This document shows positions 28,758-38,206 of a stretch of 64,000 nt of DNA, one piece after another. Both the position numbers and the translations under genes were made by a program. Origin of the DNA: Phycisphaerales bacterium (GTDB lineage: Bacteria > Planctomycetota > Phycisphaerae > Phycisphaerales > UBA1924); assembly GCA_043788295.1 (NCBI GenBank), contig JAYVUC010000120.1, positions 168 through 64,167 of the forward strand. The letters run 5' to 3'. Each line of letters opens with the position of its first letter. Within the stretch, counting starts at the first letter, position 1. The notes beneath the pieces were generated by a model. The model was given only the letters and a program-made list of their open reading frames with translations. It was not told the origin of the DNA and made no database searches.

Positions 28758-30530
28758 TCACTCTTTCGCTGGCGCGAGCCGCAGAAGCTTCTGGCCCATC
28801 CGCCCCAGCGGCCCGGGCAAAACACGGCACGCCTCCCACAGCACGTCGGGCATCAGCACGCGGGCGAGCGTGGCGAAGGCGATGGTGATCGTCGCGCCCA
28901 GAATGAGGAATCGCGCGCCCTCGATGATCCTCGCGTCGGCCCCCGCGCTCAGGCCGAATCTATGCACGAGCGTGGCGAACCAGCCTGCAAAGCCACTCGA
29001 TGCGGCAATCGTAATCTCACACACCGTCTTCTTGTCGTTCCAGTGTCGCTGGATAAGCCCTGCAAGGCTCAGCCAGTTGTCGAGGCTGTACGCGATGGCC
29101 CCGCTCAACACCGCCAGAAGCCAGGGCCAGGTCATCTCGACGAGAACGGCGCGTCGCCGGGCTCCAACCTGATGCATCACCCACACCGTCGCCCAGATTC
29201 GTGCCACCGCCAGCGTGCCGCCCGTGACACACGCGAGCGACACCGCGTCAACGGTGATCACATTGGGAAACCAGCCCTTGGCCGCCACGAACGCTACGGC
29301 CCCGCCTGCGACAGTAAACACAATCCCCTCGGCGAATGATAAAAGGCACCAGGCCTTGAACTTTCCGGTCCCCACCTGAACCGCCGTCGTGAGTCCGTAC
29401 AAGAGCTTGAAGGGCGAGAAAAGCCCGAAGATGGCGACGACCGGAGTCGCCGCAGCCCACTTGCCATTGAACACGAACCCCTCGAGCGGATCCATCATCA
29501 CCGCCATCGCAAGGCTTGCGAACGATCCGATCATCATGAGCCCCGACATGGTGCGCATGGTCGCCGCGCGAAGCCGCGGGATGTCGTCCTTGAGCCGCGC
29601 CATCACGGGCGTCAGCACGAGCTGCATGTTCGACGAGAGCAACGCAGCGAGCTGGGCCGAGATCTCAAAGGCCCAGAAATAATCGCCCGTCACCCCCGTC
29701 GCAGTCACCACCGCCACGCCACCCCAGCGAAGGAGTGGCTGCATCACAAGATAGGGCCCGCGGTCAATGAGCAGGTTTGCAATCGACCCGTAGATCAACC
29801 ACTCGGCCTCTTTGTAGAGATTCATCCATGTTCCGAACTCCGGCGATCGCTTCCAGGGCGAGTCCTTGGCAAGCCACCAGCCCATCAGGGTCTCGGTGAT
29901 GGCGGCCAGAACCGCGGGAATGACGAAGCTCATTGTCCCGCACGCGGCCAGTGCGAGGCTCACCGCACCAATCTGCCGAATGATTCCCGAGGCGATAACG
30001 ATCCAGCTTGTCGCGGCGAACTTGAAGTCGAGCCTCAGCTTGGCCTGCAGGATCGACCCAGGCGTTCCAAGCGGGACGGCGATCGCCAACACGATGAACA
30101 TCGGGACAAGCCGGTCCTCGTGGTACCACAGGTGTGCGACGGGCCATGCCAGCCCGCCGATCAGCAGGGCCACCGCGGTGTTGAAGACCATCGCAAACCA
30201 GAAAATACGCCCCGACAAGCTGGGGTATTCCTCCGGCTTCTTCTGCACCAGAAGGTCGCGCACACCGCCGTCCTGACAGATCGTGATCAGTTTGCAGACT
30301 GCAACCGCGATGGCATAAAGGCCAAAGTCCTCTCGCGTCAATAACTTGCCAAGGGCGATCTGAGAGCCGATGCCGAGCACCTTAATCAAAATTGTGGCCG
30401 ACATCATCCACGTCGCGCCCGTCCCGAACGCCCGCCCGATCCTGCCCGCGTCGGGCGCGATCGCAACCTGCCCGAGGGGGAGCTCGGTCGATTGCTCTGT
30501 GGGCATGGGTGGCAAAGGCATCGGCGGCAT
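28758..30530 (-). CDS. Polysaccharide/oligosaccharide flippase (Wzx-like, MOP superfamily)
   Basis: 590 aa with more than 12 predicted TM helices. N-terminal pattern ...ATWMMSATILIKVLGIGSQIALGKLL typical of polysaccharide biosynthesis proteins. Sits among sugar-nucleotide genes. Confidence 0.65.
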   Translation of the reverse strand: MPPMPLPPMPTEQSTELPLGQVAIAPDAGRIGRAFGTGATWMMSATILIKVLGIGSQIALGKLLTREDFGLYAIAVAVCKLITICQDGGVRDLLVQKKPEEYPSLSGRIFWFAMVFNTAVALLIGGLAWPVAHLWYHEDRLVPMFIVLAIAVPLGTPGSILQAKLRLDFKFAATSWIVIASGIIRQIGAVSLALAACGTMSFVIPAVLAAITETLMGWWLAKDSPWKRSPEFGTWMNLYKEAEWLIYGSIANLLIDRGPYLVMQPLLRWGGVAVVTATGVTGDYFWAFEISAQLAALLSSNMQLVLTPVMARLKDDIPRLRAATMRTMSGLMMIGSFASLAMAVMMDPLEGFVFNGKWAAATPVVAIFGLFSPFKLLYGLTTAVQVGTGKFKAWCLLSFAEGIVFTVAGGAVAFVAAKGWFPNVITVDAVSLACVTGGTLAVARIWATVWVMHQVGARRRAVLVEMTWPWLLAVLSGAIAYSLDNWLSLAGLIQRHWNDKKTVCEITIAASSGFAGWFATLVHRFGLSAGADARIIEGARFLILGATITIAFATLARVLMPDVLWEACRVLPGPLGRMGQKLLRLAPAKE

Positions 30531-30694
30531 ACTACGGGGGACCGACTCGGGTTATCGACAAGCCAGACTCAACTCCTGATACTCACAGCCTCAGTATCTC
30601 AAAACCTCCTCTCCGACCGATGCACTTGCCAGGACTTGGGACCGATATAGTCGTGACCCTTGGGCACATCGCCCAACGCCGGAGATCGATTTTC

Positions 30695-31720
30695 ATGACA
30701 GCGGCCGCGACAAATCTTCCATCATCATCGGCCTCAATTGCTCCCCCAATGTCCTGGACTGGAAAGAAAGTCATCGTCACAGGCGGCGCAGGGTTTTTGG
30801 GGCGATTTGTCTGCCAGAAACTGCGCGAACGCGGCGTCAACCCGGCAGACATCTTCGTCCCGCGCCGCTCCCAGTTCGACCTCACCACCGAGACCGACGT
30901 CGCTCGACTGATCCGAACATCATTCGGCAAAGACAAGCCCGATGTCATCATCCACCTGGCCGCCGAGGTCGGTGGCATCGGCGCCAACCGCGCCAACCCA
31001 GGCCGATACTTCTTCGCCAACATGGCGATGGCCCTGCACCTGATCGAACAAGCCCGGCTCGACGGCCTGCACGAACGCGGCGGGAAGTTTGTCCAGGTCG
31101 GCACCATCTGCGCATACCCCAACCTCACTCCCGTCCCCTTCCAAGAGGAAAACCTCTGGAATGGGTATCCCGAAGTCACCAACGCGCCCTATGGCGTTGC
31201 CAAGAAGGCCGCCTGGCAGATGCTCGAGGCCTACCGCCTCCAATACGGCTTCATCGGCACCTATGTTCTCCCCGTCAACCTTTACGGGCCCTTTGACAAC
31301 TTCGACCTGAACTCCAGCCACGTCATCCCAGCCCTGATCCGCAAAGCCATCGAGGCCCAGAAGCGTGGCGACAAGGAAATCGTCTGCTGGGGGACGGGCT
31401 CGGCAAGCCGCGAGTTCTTGTACGTCGAGGACGCGGCCGAAGGAGTTCTCCGTGCCGCCGACGTGATGACCGAGCCCACGCCGATCAATCTAGGGGCCGG
31501 ATTTGAGATCACAATCAAGGCCCTGGTCGAACTCATCGTCAGGCTCGTCGGGTTCGACGGCAAGATCGTCTGGGATTCCACCAAGCCCGACGGGCAGCCA
31601 CGCCGAAGCCTCTCCACCGAGCGGGCAGCCAAATTGCTCGGCTGGCGGGCGTCGATGGGCTTTGAGGATGGGCTCCGTAAGACCATCGAGTGGTACCGGG
31701 CCAATCCGGCGACACACTGA
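30695..31720 (+). CDS. fcl: GDP-L-fucose synthase (GDP-4-keto-6-deoxymannose epimerase/reductase)
   Basis: ORF trimmed to ATG 30695. Rossmann VTGGAGFLG, YGVAKK, NLYGPFDNFDLNSSHVIPALIRK. Confidence 0.85.
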   Translation: MTAAATNLPSSSASIAPPMSWTGKKVIVTGGAGFLGRFVCQKLRERGVNPADIFVPRRSQFDLTTETDVARLIRTSFGKDKPDVIIHLAAEVGGIGANRANPGRYFFANMAMALHLIEQARLDGLHERGGKFVQVGTICAYPNLTPVPFQEENLWNGYPEVTNAPYGVAKKAAWQMLEAYRLQYGFIGTYVLPVNLYGPFDNFDLNSSHVIPALIRKAIEAQKRGDKEIVCWGTGSASREFLYVEDAAEGVLRAADVMTEPTPINLGAGFEITIKALVELIVRLVGFDGKIVWDSTKPDGQPRRSLSTERAAKLLGWRASMGFEDGLRKTIEWYRANPATH

Positions 31721-31751
31721 CCCAAGAGCTTTGCAAATCTTCTTTGAGAAT

Positions 31752-31871
31752 GTTCACCACAGGGACACAGAGGCACAGAGAAGAAACACGAGAGGAGGGA
31801 TCAGGTTGAGACAGGCTTGCACATCTCTCATTCTTGCTCTTCCTCTGTGCCTCAGTGTCTCTGTGGTGAAC
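31752..31871. repeat. 120-bp element with ~32-bp imperfect terminal inverted repeats (GTTCACCACAGRGACAC.GAGGCACAGAG)
   Basis: Left arm 31752..31783 versus the reverse complement of 31840..31871 matches at about 28 of 32 positions, with a 56-nt spacer. A related copy lies at 19813..19855. Confidence 0.8.
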
Positions 31872-31885
31872 TGCCTCTTGACAGA

Positions 31886-33067
31886 ATGCCCCATATGACC
31901 ACCACGTCCGCCACACCCGCGAAGGTCTGGATCCTCCAGCCCGCCGTCGAGCATTACCGCACAGCCATCTTCGATGGGCTCAACGAGCGGGGTGCCACAG
32001 ACGGTGCGTACAGCGTCCAAGTCCTGGGCACGCTCAAGGACGGCAAGGCGATCGGAGGCTCTGCCCGCCCCTACTTCATCTCGTGCACGCGAATCCCCTT
32101 TCGCGTCGGGCCCGTGCTCTTCTTCAAGGCTCCCGAAGCCGTCCGGCTCTTCAACGAGTCCAAGCCCGATCTGCTCATCACCGAGGCCCACATCCGCAAT
32201 GTCACCGTCTGGAAGATGGCGAGCCTGTGCCGCAAGACCGGCACGCCCGTCATCGGCTGGTCGAAGATCCACAGCTACAGCAAGGCAGCCGGATTCATCT
32301 CGCCGCTGAAAAAGCTCTTCTACAGCAGGTTCGACCGCATGATCTGTTACGGCGAATCCAGCAAGGCCGAACTCGTGCAGATGGGTTACCCGGCGGACCG
32401 GGCGATCGTCGCCAACAACACCATCGACACGCGAAAGATTTTCACGCAGGGCGACCAGCTGCGAGCGAGGGGGGAGGAGATTCGCCGCGAGCGAGGGCTC
32501 GTGGGCAAGAAGCTGCTGCTGTGCATCGGGCGCATGGAAGCCGACAAACGCCACATGGACCTGCTCGACGCCTGGCCCAAGCTCAAAGCCCTCGACGTGA
32601 ACCTCGTGATGGTGCTCATCAGCGGCGGGCCGATGCTCGACGAGATCAAGGCCCGGGCCGCCGCCCTCGACCCGCAACGCATTATCGTGACGGGTCGCGT
32701 CCCCGAGGGCGACGACTACGCATGGATTGCCACCAGCGACGTGAGCGTCTACCCAGGCGCGGTGGGGCTTGCGATCAACCAGAGCCTCGCGTTCGGCAAG
32801 CCCACGATCATCGCCGACGAGATCGGCGCTGACAGCGAGATCCTCGTGGGTGCCTCTGGCGCGGGCACCCAAACCGGCTGGCGCTACCCGCGCGGCAACC
32901 TGGACGCCATGGTCTCGACCGTCGCCACGATCCTCAATGGCGGCGACGCCGTGCGCCAGATCGCCGACCGAGGACACGTCCTCATGCGCGACAAGGTGAC
33001 CCTCGACAACATGATCGGCGCGATCGACAAGAGCATCAGACTGGGCCTGGCGCTGCGGCTGAAGTAG
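31886..33067 (+). CDS. Glycosyltransferase (GT-B fold, family 4-like)
   Basis: Start set after the inverted-repeat element (ATG 31886). C-terminal GT1/GT4 pattern YPGAVGLAINQSLAFGKPTIIADEIGADSEILV. Confidence 0.8.
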   Translation: MPHMTTTSATPAKVWILQPAVEHYRTAIFDGLNERGATDGAYSVQVLGTLKDGKAIGGSARPYFISCTRIPFRVGPVLFFKAPEAVRLFNESKPDLLITEAHIRNVTVWKMASLCRKTGTPVIGWSKIHSYSKAAGFISPLKKLFYSRFDRMICYGESSKAELVQMGYPADRAIVANNTIDTRKIFTQGDQLRARGEEIRRERGLVGKKLLLCIGRMEADKRHMDLLDAWPKLKALDVNLVMVLISGGPMLDEIKARAAALDPQRIIVTGRVPEGDDYAWIATSDVSVYPGAVGLAINQSLAFGKPTIIADEIGADSEILVGASGAGTQTGWRYPRGNLDAMVSTVATILNGGDAVRQIADRGHVLMRDKVTLDNMIGAIDKSIRLGLALRLK

Positions 33068-33273
33068 GCTTCGCCATTGAAACGTTTGACAGCCTCCTTC
33101 CGAGAACCCTTCCAGTCCCCAACCTACCCTGCGAACGGCTGTGCCCAAGCCCTGATTTGGCCGATGCATCACACGAGCGCGACACTTTCGGGTACGAGCG
33201 AACTTTTCGGACTTTCTAACGTATTTCCCGTTCCACCGAGCACCGGCGAGGTACCGACACACGAGGTTTCACA

Positions 33274-34605
33274 ATGCGGATCGCGATCTTTGGTTTGGGC
33301 TATGTCGGGGCTGTTTCCTGCGGATGCCTCGCCGATCTTGGTCACACCATCATCGGGTGCGACGTCAGCAAGGCCAAGGTTGACCTCATCAAGGCCGGCC
33401 AGGCCCCGATCGTTGAGGAAGGCCTGCCCGAGCTGCTCGAAAAAGCCCTCAAGAACGGGCGCCTCACCGCCATCATGGACGCCGACGAGGCGGTCCGCAC
33501 ATCGGACGCTGCCCTCGTCTGCGTCGGGACGCCCAGCACACCCAGCGGCGGCGTGAACGCGGTCTATCTCGAAACTGTCTGCCGCCAGATCGGCGAGTCG
33601 ATCAAGAAGCACGCCCCCAAGCACTACATCATCATGAGCCGCTCGACGAGCCTGCCGAACGTCCACGAAAGCCTCATCCGCATCCTCGAGCAATCGAGCG
33701 GGCGCAAAATGGGCGAGGGCATCGGCTACGTCTGCCATCCCGAGTTCCTGCGCGAGGGCGTCAGCGTCTACGACTTCTACAACCCGCCCAAGATCGTCTT
33801 CGGCCCCACCGACGCCAAGACCGCCGACATCTGCAAGTCGATGTACCCCGCCGACAACCACCCGGGCCTCAAGACCTGCCCGACGTTCTTCCTCTCGCCC
33901 AGCGAGGCGTCGATGGTGAAGTACGCCGACAACTGCTTTCACGCCCTCAAGTGCACGTTCGGCAACGAGATCGGCATGATCTGCAGAACCCTCGGCGTCG
34001 ACAGCCACCGCGTGATGGATGTCTTCTGTGCCGACACGAAATTGAACATCTCGGCCAAATATCTCAAGCCCGGGTTCGCGTTTGGTGGGTCGTGCCTGCC
34101 CAAGGATCTTCGCGGCATCATGGACGCCTCGCGCGACACCGCCACCGCCCTCCCCATGCTCGCCGGCACCCTCGTGAGCAACGAGGTGCAGATCAAGTCG
34201 CTCCTCAAGCGCGTCGTCCACGAGAGCCGCCCCAAGGTCGGGATCATCGGCCTGGCGTTCAAGGAAGGAACCGACGACGTGCGCGAGAGCCCGATCGTCG
34301 CCGTGGTCGAGGGCCTCTGCGGCAAGGGTCACCCGATCAAGATTTACGACGAGCACCTGTCGGTGCAGGCCCTTATCGGCGCCAACCGCAGCTTCGCGTT
34401 CCAGATGGTGCCGCATTTGGCGGAACTCATGACGCAAAACCTGCACGAAGTCGTCACCTGGGCCGACACGCTGATCGTGACCCACCGCCTCAAGCCCGCG
34501 ACCTGGGCCGCCGTCAACTTCAAACCCGGCCAGCGGGTCATCGACCTGATGAACATCCCTGAACTCCGCAAGGCGGGCAAGGGGTATGAAGGGCTGTATT
34601 GGTGA
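33274..34605 (+). CDS. Nucleotide-sugar 6-dehydrogenase, GDP-mannose 6-dehydrogenase (AlgD)-like
   Basis: The N-terminus MRIAIFGLGYVGAVSCGCLADLGHTIIGCDVSKAKVDLIKAGQAPIVEEGL closely parallels AlgD as I remember it. Catalytic GFAFGGSCLPKD. Confidence 0.85.
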   Translation: MRIAIFGLGYVGAVSCGCLADLGHTIIGCDVSKAKVDLIKAGQAPIVEEGLPELLEKALKNGRLTAIMDADEAVRTSDAALVCVGTPSTPSGGVNAVYLETVCRQIGESIKKHAPKHYIIMSRSTSLPNVHESLIRILEQSSGRKMGEGIGYVCHPEFLREGVSVYDFYNPPKIVFGPTDAKTADICKSMYPADNHPGLKTCPTFFLSPSEASMVKYADNCFHALKCTFGNEIGMICRTLGVDSHRVMDVFCADTKLNISAKYLKPGFAFGGSCLPKDLRGIMDASRDTATALPMLAGTLVSNEVQIKSLLKRVVHESRPKVGIIGLAFKEGTDDVRESPIVAVVEGLCGKGHPIKIYDEHLSVQALIGANRSFAFQMVPHLAELMTQNLHEVVTWADTLIVTHRLKPATWAAVNFKPGQRVIDLMNIPELRKAGKGYEGLYW

Positions 34606-34653
34606 GCCAAGTCGTTCGGGCCTAGCGTCCTGCTACCGCATAGGATCGTCCAT

Positions 34654-35217
34654 ATGGGTCTAGAAGCCGCACTTCCCGCCGATACCGTCCTCACCACGCA
34701 GCTCCGCCGCGTCATCAACTGGGCCCGCCGATCGTCGATCTGGCCTATGCCGTTCGCCACCGCGTGCTGCGGGATCGAGCTGATGGCGACGGCGTGCAGC
34801 CGCTTTGATCTCGCCCGTTTCGGGGCCGAAGTCATGCGGTTCAGCCCGCGTCAGGCCGACCTGATGATCGTCGCGGGGCGGATCGGCATCAAAATGCTCC
34901 CCGTGCTTCAACGGGTCTACCAGCAGATGCCCGAGCCCAAGTGGGTGATCTCGATGGGCGCGTGCGCCAGCACGGGCGGCGTCTTCGATACCTACGCCAC
35001 TGTTCAGGGATGCGACCAGTTCCTGCCCGTCGATGTATACATTCCGGGCTGCCCGCCCAGGCCCGAACAACTCATCGAAGGGATCATGGCGATCCAGCGG
35101 CACATCGATCAGGAAGGCATGCCCCCGCAGGGCGGCAAGCGCGTGCCGCTCGGTCTTGTCGTGCAACCCACGCACGCGGTTCGGCCCCAGCCCGTCGGGC
35201 TCACGCTGGGCACCTGA
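34654..35217 (+). CDS. nuoB: NADH-quinone oxidoreductase subunit B (isolated copy)
   Basis: Cluster-N2 cysteines [30 protein letters not shown]. No other nuo genes are adjacent. Confidence 0.85.
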   Translation: MGLEAALPADTVLTTQLRRVINWARRSSIWPMPFATACCGIELMATACSRFDLARFGAEVMRFSPRQADLMIVAGRIGIKMLPVLQRVYQQMPEPKWVISMGACASTGGVFDTYATVQGCDQFLPVDVYIPGCPPRPEQLIEGIMAIQRHIDQEGMPPQGGKRVPLGLVVQPTHAVRPQPVGLTLGT

Positions 35218-35263
35218 GTGTTTGGCTTGGCACTTCGTTTCCAAAGGCTCATGCAATGAAAAA

Positions 35264-35286
35264 CCCCCAGGCTCCGAGCCCGGGGG
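35264..35286. terminator. Bidirectional intrinsic terminator
   Basis: CCCCCAGGCTC-C-GAGCCCGGGGG stem flanked by an A-run (5') and a T-rich run (3'), between convergent nuoB and the protease gene. Confidence 0.65.
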
Positions 35287-35316
35287 TGCTTTGTTGTACC
35301 AATACACAGCCTCAGA

Positions 35317-38022
35317 TCAGCAGGGCGTCTCGAAGGCCACGACAAAGTCGTCGTAGTCGAAGAAGTCGACCGCCGTGTCACCGTTGAAGTCGGCGGTCTT
35401 GCCGGGCGGACAGGTCACGCCCTCGAAGCAGTTCACAAAGTCGTCGTAGTCGAAGAAGTCGACCGCGCCGTCGCCGTTGAAGTCGGCAGGACACGCGACG
35501 GGGGTGCACCCGATGGAGAGGAAGCCCGAGCCGGCGTCGTGATTGAACCCGCCGATGCGGAGCAGATAGAGCTGACCCGAGACAGCGTGGAAGGTCACGT
35601 TGGACTGCAGGCCGCATGAATCGTCGTTGCAGGCGATCGCACTGCCGGGGCCCGCGGGGCAGCCGCCGGTGTAGATGGCGATCTTGGTGTCAAACGAGCT
35701 GCCGCAGGTGGAGATGGTCGCGTTGCCGTTGCAATCGGCGAACCACCGGACCCAGAAGTCGTTATCGACCTGCGGGTATCCAAAGAAGCCGCAGATGGAC
35801 TCCGCGGGTCCATCGGTCGTGCAACCGCAGGAGTTGAAGGAGTAAAATCCAGACCCGATCGTGACCGCACCGGCGCAGTTGTCGTTGGAAGGACGGCTGA
35901 GTGCGGCGTGCATCACAAAGTTGCCGCTCGCGCCGCCGTAGCCCGCGATGCGGATCTTGTAGGTTGAGTTGCGAGTCACGGCGAAGGAAATCGAGGACTG
36001 GAGGCCGCCGTTGTCGTCGTTGCAGGCGACCTGGTTGCCCGTGTTGCCCGGGCAGCCCGTGTGGGCAGAGAGGACGGTGTCGAACGCGCTGCCGAAGGTA
36101 TCGACTGTGAAGTAGCCGTCACAGGTCGCGGTGTAGCTGTACCAGACATCGGGGCCTTCACCGGTGCGGCACGTGTCGCTTCCGTCGAGTGTGGCGCCGA
36201 ACGTTGTTCCCGTGTAGGTTCCGCCGTCGACGATCGCCTGGGCGTTCCCGCAGTTGTTGGTCGAGGGGACCGGGGCTGCCTGGATGTTGGTGGAGAAACC
36301 GTAGTAGTTGCGCGTGTCGTTGTAGAGATAGACACGGATGTAGTAGTCGTGCGAAGCGGGAGTCGTGTTGGTGTAGGTAAACGTCTCCGTGCCGGCTGTC
36401 CCGGTCGAGCTCGCAACGAGCGCACCGCCGCAACCGTCAAACATCGTCATGTCGATGTCGCCCCACGCGTGCGTGAAGCTGAGGCTGGGCGTCACGGTGC
36501 CGCCCGCGGGCACCGTCACCTTGTACCAGTCCTCGTTGGTGGATTTGACGGTGAGATAGCCCCAGTACGTGTTGCCCACGCCGCCCAGGTTCCTCGCCGC
36601 GGCGCATGTGTTGTTGGCCTCGTACCCGTCGTCGGTGCCCGCGCCCAGGAATCCGTTGATGCCCGAGCTGTAGCTGAGGTCGAAGCGTCCGTAGGTGCCG
36701 CGATTGAGCGCCGGATCAACAACACACGCGGACCTGCCGCAGTGAAGCTGTCCGACGACTCGGTAGTCGCCGCCGCCGAAGTTTCGGTATTCCGCACTGC
36801 CCGACGAGCCCGGCTCGGTCGTGCCGTTGGTGTAGTTCACGCGGATCTGGTTGGCGTTACTCGACGGCTCGCACGTCGGGCTGGTCGCCGCCAGGCCCGC
36901 AAAGTACCGCTTGTACTCGCCGCCGGGATGGTGGACCCCGTAGACCGTCTCGCCCACAGCGGGCATTGAGGTGGTCCACCCCTGCCACCAAAGATTGCGG
37001 GGGATGGTGCCCTCGATCATGAGAAACGAGTAATCGCTCGCGGCGTTATTCGACAGGAGCGTCGCGTACGTAGACCTAGGCACGGTGTTGATGTCCGGTG
37101 GCGCGCCGTTGCACGAGCTGGACTGGTAGTACCAGTAGCATTCAAGCGAGTTTGCGGCGGCGACCGTGCTGATGCAGTGGTTCGCGGTCAGAAAGTACGG
37201 CGTCAAATCACCGTTGAGGGCGTTGAGCAACTGTCCCGAGCACACAAATCCGCCGCCGTCGACGAAGTACATCCGGGCCACACCCGCCGCCACGTTTGCG
37301 AACGCCGGATAGCACGTCACATCCTGCTCGCAGGGGAGCGCCCGATCCTCGAACGGATTCCCGCCCGTGACCGGATCGCGGTACATGTGCTGCACACCCG
37401 AGATGGTGAACGGCACATGCGCCAGCTCAACGCCCGCGGGCACGAACAGCTCAACCCGTGTCGTCTCTTCAAACGTCGAACCCGCCCAGAAAATACCGGT
37501 CTGGCCGAGACCCTTGCCCTCGTAAGGGCCCTGGGCCGCGTCGGGGCGGCCGGGCGCATAGACACTCACACGCGCCCCTTCGGGCAGGTCGAAGTTCGAG
37601 AATTGGAGCCGCAGCCCGTACGCCAGCTCCGACCGCACCTGAGCAACCCAGAGGCGCCCACGACCCGGAACATCGAACCACTGACCCGAGGCAAAGTCGA
37701 AGGCGATCGGATTGGACACACTGACGCGCAGTGGCCGATCGAACTCACGATTGGCGAACAGCACCATGTCCTCGGCCATGAGAGCCTCGTTGTCGAGGTG
37801 GGCGAGGGTGAAGGTGGGCAAACCATCGACCGGCAGCGGCACACCCATCAATTTGGATAGGGGCGCGGTAGGCACCTTGGCCGCTGCGTCCTCGATGCCA
37901 CGCATGCCCGCGATACCATCTTCTGGCTGCGCCAAGGCCGCTGGCGAGGTGCCGAACGCCGCGAGCGTTCCGGCGACCAGGCTCAACCAGCAACACAAAC
38001 GTCCCGACAGTCGTTCTTTCAT
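35317..38022 (-). CDS. Secreted trypsin-like (S1, lysyl-endopeptidase-like) serine protease with PPC-like and Cys-rich modules and a C-terminal double EF-hand/dockerin-like Cys module
   Basis: Start set to ATG 38022 (MKERLSG..., signal peptide, AAGGAGAAG RBS). His motif FLTANHC, Ser motif EPGSSGSAEY. DWYKVTVPAGGTV (PPC-like). Two ...ACNDD... modules. Ends CPADFNGDGAVDFFDYDDFVNCF...DFNGDTAVDFFDYDDFVVAFETPC-stop. Confidence 0.75.
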   Translation of the reverse strand: MKERLSGRLCCWLSLVAGTLAAFGTSPAALAQPEDGIAGMRGIEDAAAKVPTAPLSKLMGVPLPVDGLPTFTLAHLDNEALMAEDMVLFANREFDRPLRVSVSNPIAFDFASGQWFDVPGRGRLWVAQVRSELAYGLRLQFSNFDLPEGARVSVYAPGRPDAAQGPYEGKGLGQTGIFWAGSTFEETTRVELFVPAGVELAHVPFTISGVQHMYRDPVTGGNPFEDRALPCEQDVTCYPAFANVAAGVARMYFVDGGGFVCSGQLLNALNGDLTPYFLTANHCISTVAAANSLECYWYYQSSSCNGAPPDINTVPRSTYATLLSNNAASDYSFLMIEGTIPRNLWWQGWTTSMPAVGETVYGVHHPGGEYKRYFAGLAATSPTCEPSSNANQIRVNYTNGTTEPGSSGSAEYRNFGGGDYRVVGQLHCGRSACVVDPALNRGTYGRFDLSYSSGINGFLGAGTDDGYEANNTCAAARNLGGVGNTYWGYLTVKSTNEDWYKVTVPAGGTVTPSLSFTHAWGDIDMTMFDGCGGALVASSTGTAGTETFTYTNTTPASHDYYIRVYLYNDTRNYYGFSTNIQAAPVPSTNNCGNAQAIVDGGTYTGTTFGATLDGSDTCRTGEGPDVWYSYTATCDGYFTVDTFGSAFDTVLSAHTGCPGNTGNQVACNDDNGGLQSSISFAVTRNSTYKIRIAGYGGASGNFVMHAALSRPSNDNCAGAVTIGSGFYSFNSCGCTTDGPAESICGFFGYPQVDNDFWVRWFADCNGNATISTCGSSFDTKIAIYTGGCPAGPGSAIACNDDSCGLQSNVTFHAVSGQLYLLRIGGFNHDAGSGFLSIGCTPVACPADFNGDGAVDFFDYDDFVNCFEGVTCPPGKTADFNGDTAVDFFDYDDFVVAFETPC

Positions 38023-38206
38023 CACAGCGACTTCTCCTTGCTCCAAAGGATCCCAGAAAGCGGAGCGACAACGCCCCGCTCCTGGAAAGCGCAGCTTACC
38101 ACGTACCATTCTGACCCGACCCGGTCGATTGTTGCAAATTGGCGAATAATGTGGCCGCCCGAGCCCCCCGAACGGGCCGCCGTGCTGCTCGCGGTCGTGC
38201 ATTGGG

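Noticed and set aside
38023-38202. A 60-codon N-terminal extension of the protease ORF. Analogous extensions occur at 1614..1739, 14025..14090, 30392..30694, 31817..31885, 42770..42991, 46995..47039, 47025..47243, 53042..53251 and 61234..61464.
   Set aside because: In each case an internal start is followed directly by a signal peptide or by the conserved family N-terminus and usually has a purine-rich RBS. The extensions cross repeats or intergenic hairpins.
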